Under the pieces are notes generated by a model, which worked only from the letters and a program-made list of their open reading frames with translations, was not told the origin of the DNA and ran no database searches. 64,000 bases of DNA from Patescibacteria group bacterium (lineage in GTDB: Bacteria > Patescibacteriota > Minisyncoccia > UBA6257 > JAAZHW01), in assembly GCA_026415775.1 (NCBI GenBank), contig JAOAGL010000001.1:111057-175056 (forward strand), given 5' to 3'. Position 1 is the first letter of the stretch. Each line of letters begins with the position of its first letter. The translations under genes were made by a program, and so were the position numbers. Positions 47,123-56,754 of this stretch are shown here, piece after piece.

Positions 47123-47623
47123 ATAAAAAGATTTAACATCAACAACCAAATAAGAGCGAGAGAAGTTAGAGTAATTGATGAGAATGGTCAAAATTTGGGG
47201 GTAATGTCATTGGAAGAAGCTTTACGTTTGGCGCAGTCAAGAAATTTAGATGTGGTTGAAATTACAAGCAAAGCTAATCCTGTCGTGGTGAAAATTTGCG
47301 ATTTTGGCAAATTTTTATATCAACAAGAGAAAGAAGAAAGGAAAAAGAGGATGAAAGAACGCAGTGATGAAATGAAGCATGTTCGATTGGGTTTTAATAT
47401 TGGCAGACATGATATGGAAGTAAAAGCGCGGCAAGCTGAGGAATTTTTGAAGGATGGTTTAAAAATCCAAATTGAACTCATACTTAGAGGTCGAGAAAAA
47501 AGCCATAAGGATTTAGCGGAGAAGAAATTAAAAGAATTTTTGACTTTTATTAATCATCCATATAAAATCATTCAAGATATAAAAAGCGCTCCGCGAGGGT
47601 TAATTATAACAATCTCTTCTTAA
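47123..47623 (+). CDS. infC: translation initiation factor IF-3, probable non-AUG (ATA/ATC) start
   Basis: The tool ORF (47195) begins mid-domain. The in-frame upstream codons IKRFNINNQIRAREVRVIDENGQNLGVMSLEEALRLA are the conserved IF-3 N-terminus. The frame is closed by TAA at 47111 with no ATG before 47195. infC classically uses AUU/AUA starts. Confidence 0.7.
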   Translation: MKRFNINNQIRAREVRVIDENGQNLGVMSLEEALRLAQSRNLDVVEITSKANPVVVKICDFGKFLYQQEKEERKKRMKERSDEMKHVRLGFNIGRHDMEVKARQAEEFLKDGLKIQIELILRGREKSHKDLAEKKLKEFLTFINHPYKIIQDIKSAPRGLIITISS

Positions 47624-47633
47624 AATAAAAAAT

Positions 47634-47831
47634 ATGCTAAAAACAAAAAAGGCTGTTCAAAAAAGAATAAAAATTACCAAAAACAAAAAATCACTTCACC
47701 GTCCAATAAAACAGAATCACTTTAAATCAAAATTAACAGGTCGAGATAATCAAAAAAAGAGACATTATAAAGGTTTTTATAAGGCGGATGAAAAGGTAAT
47801 TAAAAAATTTTTGCCTTATAATATCAAATAA
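47634..47831 (+). CDS. rpmI: 50S ribosomal protein L35
   Basis: 65 aa, very basic, MLKTKKAVQKRIKITKNKK. Positioned between infC and rplT. Confidence 0.7.
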   Translation: MLKTKKAVQKRIKITKNKKSLHRPIKQNHFKSKLTGRDNQKKRHYKGFYKADEKVIKKFLPYNIK

Positions 47832-47906
47832 AAATTTTTATTAAGGTTTCTGTTTAATTTTTTATAAAAATTAAATGGAAACTATTTTTTATAAATTTTT
47901 AAAACT

Positions 47907-48251
47907 ATGGTCAGAGTCAAAAGAGGAAAAATTGCTCATAAGAAAAGAGAAAAAATTTTACGTTATACAAAAGGATTTAAATGGGGTCGCAAATCAAAAG
48001 AGCGATTGGCTAAAGAAGCTCTTCTTCATGCGTGGACCCATGCTTTTGAGGGAAGAAAATTAAAAAAGCGTGATTTTCGTCGTCTTTGGCAAACTAAAAT
48101 TAAGGCTGCGGTTAATCAGGGTGGATTGAAGTATAACGAGTTTATTAACTTATTAAAGAAAAATAATGTAAAAATTAATAGAAAAATCCTTGCTCAATTA
48201 GCCGAATTTTATCCGGAAGTTTTCAGCCAAATTGTTTCAGCGGTCAAATAA
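47907..48251 (+). CDS. rplT: 50S ribosomal protein L20
   Basis: MVRVKRGKIAHKKREKILRYTKGFKWGRKS...KKRDFRRLW. Confidence 0.9.
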   Translation: MVRVKRGKIAHKKREKILRYTKGFKWGRKSKERLAKEALLHAWTHAFEGRKLKKRDFRRLWQTKIKAAVNQGGLKYNEFINLLKKNNVKINRKILAQLAEFYPEVFSQIVSAVK

Positions 48252-48262
48252 AAAATTTCACT

Positions 48263-48655
48263 ATGATTATTTTTAAACGAAAAAAATACGATAAGAAAAT
48301 TTTGAAAGAGTTAAAAGAATTATTGGATAAAGAAAAAAAGGAACTTCAAGAAAAAGTAGAAGAATTGAACTTAAAAGAGAAAGACATGGCAATAAAAATG
48401 CCCGATTTTATGGCATCCGAAGATGCTTCAATTGAAGCTGATGAAGTAGAAGAATTAAACAACCTTCTTTCCTTAAAAATGGAATGGGAAAACGAAATTG
48501 ATAGAATTAATCAAGCATTAGAAAGAATGGAAAAGGGGAGTTATGGCATTTGTGCTGAATGCGGTAATTTAATTGAAATTGCGCGTTTAAAAATTGAACC
48601 GACAGCGCAAATTTGTATGACTTGCGTTAAGAAAAAAAATCGTCAAACACCTTAA
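48263..48655 (+). CDS. DksA/TraR-family C4 zinc-finger protein
   Basis: Coiled-coil N-terminus and CAECGNLIEIARLKIEPTAQICMTC. Confidence 0.65.
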   Translation: MIIFKRKKYDKKILKELKELLDKEKKELQEKVEELNLKEKDMAIKMPDFMASEDASIEADEVEELNNLLSLKMEWENEIDRINQALERMEKGSYGICAECGNLIEIARLKIEPTAQICMTCVKKKNRQTP

Positions 48656-48675
48656 TTATAAAATATTTCTTTACA

Positions 48676-50211
48676 ATGACTGCCAAAGTTTTTTCTTCGG
48701 CTGTTGTTGGAATAAAAGCTCAAATAATTGAAGTAGAAGTTGATTTAGCACCTGGTCTTCATGCTTTTAATATTGTGGGTTTGGCTGATAAAGCTGTTAG
48801 TGAGGCAAGGGACAGAGTTTCGTCGGCTATAAAAAATAGTGGCGCTGTGGCGCCTCAACGCTTAAATAAAAGAATCACTGTTAATTTAGCGCCGGCTGAT
48901 TTAAAAAAAGAGGGTTCGGCTTATGATTTGGCTATTGCGGTTGGTTGTCTTTTAGCCTCCAAACAAATCAAAATTTTTAATACTCAAAATAAAATTTTTT
49001 TAGGTGAATTAGCGTTGGATGGTAGTTTAAGGCCTGTGGCTGGTGTTTTACCAATTGTTTTAATGGCCAAAAAATTTTCTTTTGAAGAAGTAATTATTCC
49101 CAAACAGAATGTTAATGAAGCAGGTCTGGTTGAGGGATTAAAAGTGGTTGGTTGTGAAAATTTAGCAGAAGTAATCGATTATTTAGAAGGAAGAAAGGAT
49201 ATATCTTTTATAAGCAAAGGAGATTTTAATCGGCAAAAATTAAATGATTATTCTGTAGACTTTTCTGATATTAAAGGTCAATATCAAGCAAAAAGAGCTT
49301 TAGAAATAGCAGCGGCTGGCGGACACAATGTGTTAATGATTGGATCGCCCGGGGCTGGTAAAAGTATGTTAGCTAAGGCGTTACCTTCGATTTTACCACC
49401 TTTATCTTTAGAAGAAGCTTTGGATGTAAGTAAAATTTATAGTGTTTGCGGTTTGCTTTCCAATGAAAATCCTTTGATAACTACAAGACCATTTCGCTCG
49501 CCCCATCATACAGCTTCAAAAATTGCTTTAGTTGGGGGAGGATCCTGGCCAAAACCCGGTGAAATTAGTTTGGCTCATCGTGGAGTTTTGTTTATGGATG
49601 AAATTCCTGAATTCGCCCGTGATGTTTTAGAAAGTTTAAGGCAACCATTGGAAGATGGCGAAATTACCGTTAGTCGTGTTCAGGGAAGTTTAACTTTTCC
49701 AGCGCGATTTATTTTGGTGGCTGCTATGAATCCCTGTCCGTGTGGTTATTATGGCGATTCAGAAAAAGAATGCCGTTGTTCACCTTCGGAAATTTTAAGA
49801 TATCAAAAGAAAATCTCTGGTCCTTTACTTGACCGTATTGATTTACAAATTGAAGTGCCAAGAGTTAAATATGAGGAGCTCAAGCAGGAAAAAAATGGTG
49901 ATTCATCAGAGGTAATTAGAAAACGAATTGAAAAAGCACGCGAGATTCAAAAACAAAGATTTGCTCAGTTGGAAAGAAATATTTTCACCAATGCGGAAAT
50001 GACTTCTAAAGATGTTGAAAAGTTTTGCCGATTGGAAGAGGCAGCAGAAAAATTATTAAAACAAGCCATTGAAAATTGGTATTTATCAGCCAGAAGTTAT
50101 TATCGGATTCTTAAAGTTGCCCGCACAATTGCTGATTTATCAGAATCAGAAGTGATAAAAAATGAACATATAGCTGAAGCTTTAAGGTATCGGATTAAGA
50201 ACGAAAATTAA
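48676..50211 (+). CDS. Mg-chelatase-like AAA+ ATPase YifB/ComM
   Basis: Lon-like N-domain, Walker A MIGSPGAGKSML, CxxC pair (CPCGYYGDSEKECRC). Confidence 0.85.
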   Translation: MTAKVFSSAVVGIKAQIIEVEVDLAPGLHAFNIVGLADKAVSEARDRVSSAIKNSGAVAPQRLNKRITVNLAPADLKKEGSAYDLAIAVGCLLASKQIKIFNTQNKIFLGELALDGSLRPVAGVLPIVLMAKKFSFEEVIIPKQNVNEAGLVEGLKVVGCENLAEVIDYLEGRKDISFISKGDFNRQKLNDYSVDFSDIKGQYQAKRALEIAAAGGHNVLMIGSPGAGKSMLAKALPSILPPLSLEEALDVSKIYSVCGLLSNENPLITTRPFRSPHHTASKIALVGGGSWPKPGEISLAHRGVLFMDEIPEFARDVLESLRQPLEDGEITVSRVQGSLTFPARFILVAAMNPCPCGYYGDSEKECRCSPSEILRYQKKISGPLLDRIDLQIEVPRVKYEELKQEKNGDSSEVIRKRIEKAREIQKQRFAQLERNIFTNAEMTSKDVEKFCRLEEAAEKLLKQAIENWYLSARSYYRILKVARTIADLSESEVIKNEHIAEALRYRIKNEN

Positions 50212-50230
50212 AGAAAAAGATAAAACAAAA

Positions 50231-50250
50231 AATCGAGTTAAAACTCGATT
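50231..50250. terminator. bidirectional terminator between convergent genes
   Basis: aatcgagtt-aa-aactcgatt perfect 9-bp stem flanked by A-run and T-run. Confidence 0.55.
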
Positions 50251-50277
50251 TTTTGTTTTTGGATAAGATTGTAAACT

Positions 50278-51438
50278 TTATCTGGCAAAGGGATTTTTAG
50301 CGCCGCGGACTTCAAAATGAAGATGACACCCTGGCGAACCGATAACATAACCGCTATTGCCCATTAATCCGATTAATTGTCCCTGCATCACATAATCGCC
50401 TTCTTTAACTTGAACTTGATTTAAGTGAGCGTATAGGGTTTCAGTATTGTTGGGATGTTGAATTTTTATATATTTGCCGTAGCTATTGTCATAAGATGCC
50501 GTTTCTACCAATCCCTCGGCCGCTGCTAAAACCGGAGTATCGCAGCGATTAGCAATATCAACAGCATTTACATTGTGGAGAATGCCCCAATTAAAACCAG
50601 CGACGGGGATGATGTAGTAATATGGATATTCAGGCAAAGAAGAGGTTGCAGCGAATACTTTATAAGTTCTGGGCATTCGGCCATCGGGTATAATAATTTT
50701 TTGTCCTGGTATTAAAGAAGAGCTAGTTAAATTATTGTAAGCAATAATTTTGTCAGTTGCGACAGAGTATAATTCCGCAATTTTTTCTATTGTGTCACCG
50801 GGTTTGATTTCATGCAGAACGCCAGATACTGGTAAAATAATTAATTCTTCGCCGGGAGTGATTCTTTCACTTTTCAAATTATTAGCCCATTTTATAGTAT
50901 CCAAACTTATACCAAATTCAGAGGCAAGACTTAATAACGTATCACCCTTTTGAACTTTATAAATCAAGACACCATTTTTATCCGTTTTAATACTTGTAAG
51001 AATGGGGCTGGGATTTTGTAAGCTATTGTTGTCAATAAGATAATAAATATTGGAGTCGGCGATAGATGAAAACCCCAAACCTTTATTTTCATTAAAACTC
51101 TGATTAACGGCGAGAGCAAAAACGGCTGTATTGTTATTATTTGATGCTAAATTTGTGGTAATTAATTTTGGACCGCCTAAAATTCCTCTGTCCGACTCTT
51201 TGTAAGCTAAAAGTTTATTTTCGTTTGTGTAATTAATGACTATTAAAACAATTCCTAAAATAAACAAAAAGACAACCGTTGGGAGTGGCTGTCTAAAGAA
51301 AAAGAACTTCTCTTTTAACGAAAAGAGGTTTTTTGAATTAAAAATGATAACTTTCAGTTCAATCGTGATCTTTCGAATCAATCGCTTAAAATTGGTGAAA
51401 AGCGTACAAATAAGCTTGTTTAATTGTTTTCTCCTCAA
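50278..51438 (-). CDS. LysM-domain M23 family peptidase
   Basis: Two LysM repeats (YKVQKGDTLLSLASEFGISLDTIKWAN, HEIKPGDTIEKIAELYSV). M23 HxH region GNSGYVIGSPGCHLHFEV. Confidence 0.75.
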   Translation of the reverse strand: MRRKQLNKLICTLFTNFKRLIRKITIELKVIIFNSKNLFSLKEKFFFFRQPLPTVVFLFILGIVLIVINYTNENKLLAYKESDRGILGGPKLITTNLASNNNNTAVFALAVNQSFNENKGLGFSSIADSNIYYLIDNNSLQNPSPILTSIKTDKNGVLIYKVQKGDTLLSLASEFGISLDTIKWANNLKSERITPGEELIILPVSGVLHEIKPGDTIEKIAELYSVATDKIIAYNNLTSSSLIPGQKIIIPDGRMPRTYKVFAATSSLPEYPYYYIIPVAGFNWGILHNVNAVDIANRCDTPVLAAAEGLVETASYDNSYGKYIKIQHPNNTETLYAHLNQVQVKEGDYVMQGQLIGLMGNSGYVIGSPGCHLHFEVRGAKNPFAR

Positions 51439-51591
51439 AAGACAGGGGTCTTTTTAAGGATTACTCTAAATTATAAACAAAGAGGAAAACAAGTCAAGTT
51501 TTTGTTAATCGAGAAAAAATCAGTTTAAAAATCTAAAAATTATAATAATTTTTGCTGGAAAAAACGAAGAAAAAATGTTAAACTTAGTTTT

Positions 51592-53562
51592 ATGATTGAT
51601 AAGTTTGAAATTCTGGAGAATTTAAATGAGGATCAGAAAGAGGCGGTGCTTTTTACAGAAGGGCCGCTTTTAATTGTGGCTGGTGCTGGGTCGGGCAAAA
51701 CGAAAACTTTATCTCATCGGGTGGCCTATCTTTTGGCTACTGGTATAAAACCCGAAAATATTTTAGCTATTACTTTTACTAATAAAGCTGCCGAAGAGAT
51801 GCGTGAACGAATTAAAAAAATTTTGGGCGCTAATAATTTTTCTCATAAACTTTTTATAGGGACTTTTCATAAATTAGGCTTAAATATTCTAAAGGATTTA
51901 TTAAGAATAGTGCGCCGCAATAAAAATTTTGTAATTTTTGATGAAGACGATTCATTAAAAATTATTAAAGATTGTTTACGAGAACTAAATTTGCCGAAAG
52001 AACAATTTTTACCAAGTATTGTTCGCAATGAAATTTCTCGAGCCAAGAGTGAATTAATTGATGTGATTAACTATGAAAAAAACGTTGAAAATTTTTTTCA
52101 AGAAAAAGTAGCAAAAGTTTATCGATTATATGAGGAAAAATTAATTCAAAACAATGCTTTTGATTTTGACGATTTGATTAAATTGCCAGTAGAAATTTTT
52201 CAAAAAAATCCAGAAATTTTGGAAAAATATCAAAACAAATGGAAATATATTTTAGTTGATGAATATCAGGATACAAACACTTCCCAATATCAATTAATAA
52301 AACTTCTTGCTTCGAAATATCGCAATTTATGTGTGGTGGGCGATGAAGACCAGTCAATTTATACTTGGCGACAAGCTGATTTTCGCAATTTTTTAAATTT
52401 TGAAAAAGATTGGCCAGATGCAAAGGTGGTAGTATTGCGAACCAGTTATCGGTTAACAAAGAATATTTTGAGAGCAGCCCAAGAGATAATAAAAAACAAT
52501 AGATTGCGTCGAGAAAAAGAATTGATATCGGTTAACAAAGAAGGAAAGCCAGTTTTTGTTGTGAGGACACTTGATGAAATTGAAGAAGCAGAATTTGTAG
52601 CCTCGATGATTTTAAATTTAATCGAACAATATCATTATCAATATAAAAATTTCGCTGTGCTTTATAGAATCAATGCCCAATCCCGTGTTTTGGAGGAGGT
52701 TTTTTTAAAAGCAGGCATCCCTTATCAAATTTTTGCTGGCATTAAATTTTATCAAAGAAAAGAAATAAAAGATATTATTGCTTATTTAAGGATTTTAGTT
52801 AATCCAAAAGATTTGGCTAGTTTAGAGCGGATTATTAATATTCCGCCGCGCCAAATTGGAGCAAAGAAAACGGCAATTATTTTTCAAGAGGATAATTATG
52901 AAAAAGTTTGGGAAAATATTAAAAAAATTGCCGAAGCAAAAAATTTTTTAAAAATTTATAATGAATTAAAGAATTTAGTTGATAAAATTCCAATAGCCCA
53001 ATTATTGCGAGAATTATTAAATAGAATTAATTATGAGCAGTATCTGAAGGAAACAGTTAAAGATCCTATAGAAAAATGGCAAAATGTTTTGGAGTTGGTG
53101 CGATTAGCAGAGGATTTTGATGCTTATGAAAAAGGCACATTGACAGAATTTTTAGAAAAAATCACTTTATTTCAGGAGGGTGATGAAAAAACAGAGGATA
53201 GAAACTATGTTTCTTTAATGACTTTACATAGCGCTAAAGGATTAGAATTTGATGTTGTTTTTATTGTCGGGGCGGAAGAAGGAATTTTGCCGCATATTCA
53301 GTCTCAGTATTCAGAAGAAGAACTTGAGGAGGAGAGGAGATTAATGTATGTTGGGATGACGCGAGCTAAAGAAGAGGTTTATTTGATCTGGTCATCGCGA
53401 CGCAAAATGTTTGGTCAATTGAAAATCAGTGAGAGCTCTCGTTTTGTTGAAGAAATTCCAAAAGAGCTAAAAGAAGAAATAGAATTAGAACCATATAAAG
53501 AAATAATTGATCCGGATTATCCAGAAATCGAATTAATTGATGATGATAATTATGAAATATAA
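51592..53562 (+). CDS. pcrA: ATP-dependent DNA helicase PcrA/UvrD
   Basis: Walker A AGAGSGKTKTL, motif II VDEYQDTN, motif VI. Confidence 0.9.
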   Translation: MIDKFEILENLNEDQKEAVLFTEGPLLIVAGAGSGKTKTLSHRVAYLLATGIKPENILAITFTNKAAEEMRERIKKILGANNFSHKLFIGTFHKLGLNILKDLLRIVRRNKNFVIFDEDDSLKIIKDCLRELNLPKEQFLPSIVRNEISRAKSELIDVINYEKNVENFFQEKVAKVYRLYEEKLIQNNAFDFDDLIKLPVEIFQKNPEILEKYQNKWKYILVDEYQDTNTSQYQLIKLLASKYRNLCVVGDEDQSIYTWRQADFRNFLNFEKDWPDAKVVVLRTSYRLTKNILRAAQEIIKNNRLRREKELISVNKEGKPVFVVRTLDEIEEAEFVASMILNLIEQYHYQYKNFAVLYRINAQSRVLEEVFLKAGIPYQIFAGIKFYQRKEIKDIIAYLRILVNPKDLASLERIINIPPRQIGAKKTAIIFQEDNYEKVWENIKKIAEAKNFLKIYNELKNLVDKIPIAQLLRELLNRINYEQYLKETVKDPIEKWQNVLELVRLAEDFDAYEKGTLTEFLEKITLFQEGDEKTEDRNYVSLMTLHSAKGLEFDVVFIVGAEEGILPHIQSQYSEEELEEERRLMYVGMTRAKEEVYLIWSSRRKMFGQLKISESSRFVEEIPKELKEEIELEPYKEIIDPDYPEIELIDDDNYEI

Positions 53563-54331
53563 AAAAAGATTAGGACAAAATTTTTTGATTAATAAATCAG
53601 CATTAAAAAAAATTGTCGATGCTTTGGAAATTAAAAAAGATGATATTGTTGTTGAAATTGGCGCTGGCAGTGGCAATTTAACCAGTGAGATTTTTAGAAA
53701 AACTCCTTTTGTTATTGCGGTTGAAAAAGATAAAGAATGGATTGAAATTCTAAAAAAACGTTTAGGAGTTTTTAAAAATGAATGGCCGAAAATTATTGAA
53801 GCAGATATTCGTGATGTTTTAGAAGAAATTTCAAAAACTTATAAAAATTATAAAATCATTGGTAATATCCCTTATTACTTGACTGGTCAACTTTTGCGCA
53901 TTTTTCAGAAATTAAGAAACCCACCCCAATTAATTGTTTTGATGCTCCAAAAAGAAGTGGCTCAAAAAATTTTGGCCAGCCCACCAAACGCTAATTTATT
54001 ATCGAATATAGTTAATCTTTGGTCTAAACCCCGATTGGTTTTTAATTTAAAATCAAAAGATTTTTATCCGCCGCCTAAAGTGTCATCAGCGGTAATTAAA
54101 TTGGAAGTTTTGTCTACTGGTAAAAGATTAAAAAATGAGGAAGAAATAATAGAATTATTAAAAATTGCTTTTAAACAACCACGAAAAACGCTTTTGAATA
54201 ATTTGTCAAGTAAATTTGATAAAGAAAAAATTAGAAAAATCTTAGCGGAATTAAATTTGTCTGAAAAATTAAGACCTTCTGAATTATCGCTTCAATTGTG
54301 GATAACTTTGGCAGAAAAACTTAATAAATAA
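53552..54331 (+). CDS. rsmA: 16S rRNA (adenine1518/1519-N6)-dimethyltransferase
   Basis: KKRLGQNFLIN and VVEIGAGSGNLT SAM motif. ATG at 53552 overlaps the pcrA stop by 11 nt. Confidence 0.85.
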   Translation: MKYKKRLGQNFLINKSALKKIVDALEIKKDDIVVEIGAGSGNLTSEIFRKTPFVIAVEKDKEWIEILKKRLGVFKNEWPKIIEADIRDVLEEISKTYKNYKIIGNIPYYLTGQLLRIFQKLRNPPQLIVLMLQKEVAQKILASPPNANLLSNIVNLWSKPRLVFNLKSKDFYPPPKVSSAVIKLEVLSTGKRLKNEEEIIELLKIAFKQPRKTLLNNLSSKFDKEKIRKILAELNLSEKLRPSELSLQLWITLAEKLNK

Positions 54332-54374
54332 TAATTTTTGCAGTATAATATTAAAGAAGCAAAGAATTTTTAAT

Positions 54375-55193
54375 ATGAAGAGCAAATATTTACAATTAAG
54401 CATAGGAATTTTTATCTTTGCGATTTTTATTTCTTTTTTGATTTTGCAAAACAATAAAACAAATAGTTTAAATGAAAACAACTTAGCTGTGGTTAATTCA
54501 GCTAAAATTAATGCCCCTTCTTCTTTTTCGTTGGAAAAATTAAATCAAAAATTAGCAGCGGATATAGAATCGTTGGATATTAAAGATGAAGATAACCTAA
54601 CTTTAAAAGTGGCTAATGAACTAGCCTCACAAATTATTTCTTTAAACGCCAATAACGATTTGTCCTCGGGAGAATTAATGGTGCCGAACGAGGAATTATT
54701 TAGCGCTGAAATGATTGAGAAATACAAGAATTATTTTTTGGAAAACTTACCTATTACCACTTTTGCTGAATTAAAATTTATCTCAAATGAACAGCCGCCA
54801 TTCACCTCTTTTAAATATTTTGTTGAAACAATAAAAATTTTATATGACAACAAATTAACTGATGATATCTTCCAAGAAAAAATCCAGAGTTTTCTTGATA
54901 ATGAAAATCCAACCTTTTTTAGCGACACAATTAATGATTTAAATTTAGCAATTACCGATTTGAAAAACTTGCCTATTCCCACCTCTTATGCCAATTTGCA
55001 TTTGGACTTGATTAATCTTTTAAACACAAAACTTTCAATACTAAAGGCGCTTTATAATTACCAAAAGGATCCAGTGAGCGCCTTGGTTGCCTCTCAACTG
55101 CTTGAGGATTTGGATACTGCCTATCAGCAATGGATGGCGGCAATGATGCGGAAAATGGAAAGCGATGGTTCGATTAAATATTTTAAGTTTTAA
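54375..55193 (+). CDS. hypothetical membrane-anchored protein
   Basis: N-terminal TM and extracytoplasmic domain. Starts the T4SS-like cluster. Confidence 0.4.
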   Translation: MKSKYLQLSIGIFIFAIFISFLILQNNKTNSLNENNLAVVNSAKINAPSSFSLEKLNQKLAADIESLDIKDEDNLTLKVANELASQIISLNANNDLSSGELMVPNEELFSAEMIEKYKNYFLENLPITTFAELKFISNEQPPFTSFKYFVETIKILYDNKLTDDIFQEKIQSFLDNENPTFFSDTINDLNLAITDLKNLPIPTSYANLHLDLINLLNTKLSILKALYNYQKDPVSALVASQLLEDLDTAYQQWMAAMMRKMESDGSIKYFKF

Positions 55194-56741
55194 ATGAGCA
55201 AAAAAACATTTGCCATTATCACTTTAATTGCTATTTTACTCCTTAATTTAGAAGGGGTTATTGAGGTTAAAAAGGCCAATGCCCAAGTTTCCCTTCCTAC
55301 TGTTGAAAGATCTCTGCCCCCCATACAAGATATGGAACCAGTTATAGAATCAGCACCAGAAGTATACGATGCCGAAAATTGGGGCGAGGTGATGGTTTGT
55401 TCCACGGGGATTTACCAGAGGATTAGTAGTTGGATAAATACCGCATTATCAGTTGTTCTTAATCCAGTTTGTCAGATGTTGGGTCGCGCTTTTAGTTTTT
55501 TGGGGATTGGGGGTACAGCTGTTTCAGGAGAGTGTATTATAAATACTGGTGGCGCTGATACAACCCAGCAATGTAAAGAATGGGTAGCGAAAAAGAAAGC
55601 TTCTTTAAAGGCGAAAATGGCAGAAATGACAAAGTTGTTGTTAAGAATTACGGTTAAAACATTTATGGATCGTCTAGTTTCTAATGCTGTTGACTGGATT
55701 AGCGGTAGAACAACAGGAGATCCTCAGTTTGTTACCAATTGGAGACAATTTTTTAGTGATGTAGTTAATGAAGCATTTGGATTCTTCATTGAAAACTCCC
55801 CATTTTCTCAATTATGCGAACCATTTCGTTATACAGTGCGAGTTGGGACTACTTTGCCTGGTAAGCCACCATTCCCAACTTGTACTTTATCTAGAGTGGT
55901 AAGCAATATTGAATCTTTTTATGATAATTTTTCTAATGGCGGATGGTTGGCGTTTGAGGAATCGTTTTATCCTTGGAATAATGCTTTTGGGGCATACTTG
56001 ATGACCCAAGAATCTTTAAATGCGGAATTGACCGAGGCTCGCGAAGAAGCAGAGAAAAAGACACAAAGCGGATATAAGCCGACTGAGTGGTGTATTAAAA
56101 CCAAAAAAGATCCTGCTACTGGGCAAGAGATATGTGTAGAAAAAGTGGTAAGTATTCCTGGCGAAGCAAAATCCGATGTAACCTCAAAAGTTTTAACCAA
56201 TCAACTTGATAAAGCAGATACATATTTCTTAACCTCAGCTGATCTTAAAGGTTATGCTGAAATGATTGCCCAAGCCATAATGAGTCGTTTGATAAAATCA
56301 GCTAAAGAATTATTGATTGGTGGCAAATGGTATGGTAAGGGGTTATTGAATTTGCCGGAAAAGGGTGATTCAGGTCCATCTTTAAATTTGCGTTATGCGT
56401 GTAAAACATATGGAGGTTCAAAGGTTTGTGAGATTGATGCAGATGGGCCCTATTTTTCCAAGGAGAGTTGTGAAGCGGTTTGTAGTGGTTCATCAATACG
56501 ATTTAAATGCGACGCCCAATTACAAATTTGTGTAGCTGATCCAAACGGCAATTATAGTGATTATGATTCTTGTAATCGAGTTTGTTATCCTACAATAACT
56601 ACCCCTCCGCCATCAGAAAATCGTTATAGCTGTAATGAAACCGAAGGGCTTTGCGAATTAGACCCCAATGGTGATTTTACCAGCCTGACTAGTTGTCAAA
56701 AATATTGTGGTAGCGAACCACCTCCACCGCCGCAGTATTAA
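55194..56741 (+). CDS. secreted cysteine-rich protein with three tandem C-terminal Cys4 modules and a poly-Pro tail
   Basis: Signal peptide. C-terminal YACKTYGGSKVCEIDADGPYFSKESCEAVC, FKCDAQLQICVADPNGNYSDYDSCNRVC, YSCNETEGLCELDPNGDFTSLTSCQKYC. Ends EPPPPPQY. Confidence 0.5.
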   Translation: MSKKTFAIITLIAILLLNLEGVIEVKKANAQVSLPTVERSLPPIQDMEPVIESAPEVYDAENWGEVMVCSTGIYQRISSWINTALSVVLNPVCQMLGRAFSFLGIGGTAVSGECIINTGGADTTQQCKEWVAKKKASLKAKMAEMTKLLLRITVKTFMDRLVSNAVDWISGRTTGDPQFVTNWRQFFSDVVNEAFGFFIENSPFSQLCEPFRYTVRVGTTLPGKPPFPTCTLSRVVSNIESFYDNFSNGGWLAFEESFYPWNNAFGAYLMTQESLNAELTEAREEAEKKTQSGYKPTEWCIKTKKDPATGQEICVEKVVSIPGEAKSDVTSKVLTNQLDKADTYFLTSADLKGYAEMIAQAIMSRLIKSAKELLIGGKWYGKGLLNLPEKGDSGPSLNLRYACKTYGGSKVCEIDADGPYFSKESCEAVCSGSSIRFKCDAQLQICVADPNGNYSDYDSCNRVCYPTITTPPPSENRYSCNETEGLCELDPNGDFTSLTSCQKYCGSEPPPPPQY

Positions 56742-56754
56742 AATTTACTGAAAT

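Noticed and set aside
47006-47191. 60-aa minus-strand ORF
   Set aside because: It lies entirely within the tmRNA 3' tRNA-like domain and its terminator. It translates the reverse complement of GGTTCGATTCCCGCC.
47875-48063. 62-aa ORF overlapping the rplT start
   Set aside because: Alternative frame of the L20 gene. L20 in the 47907 frame matches the family end to end.
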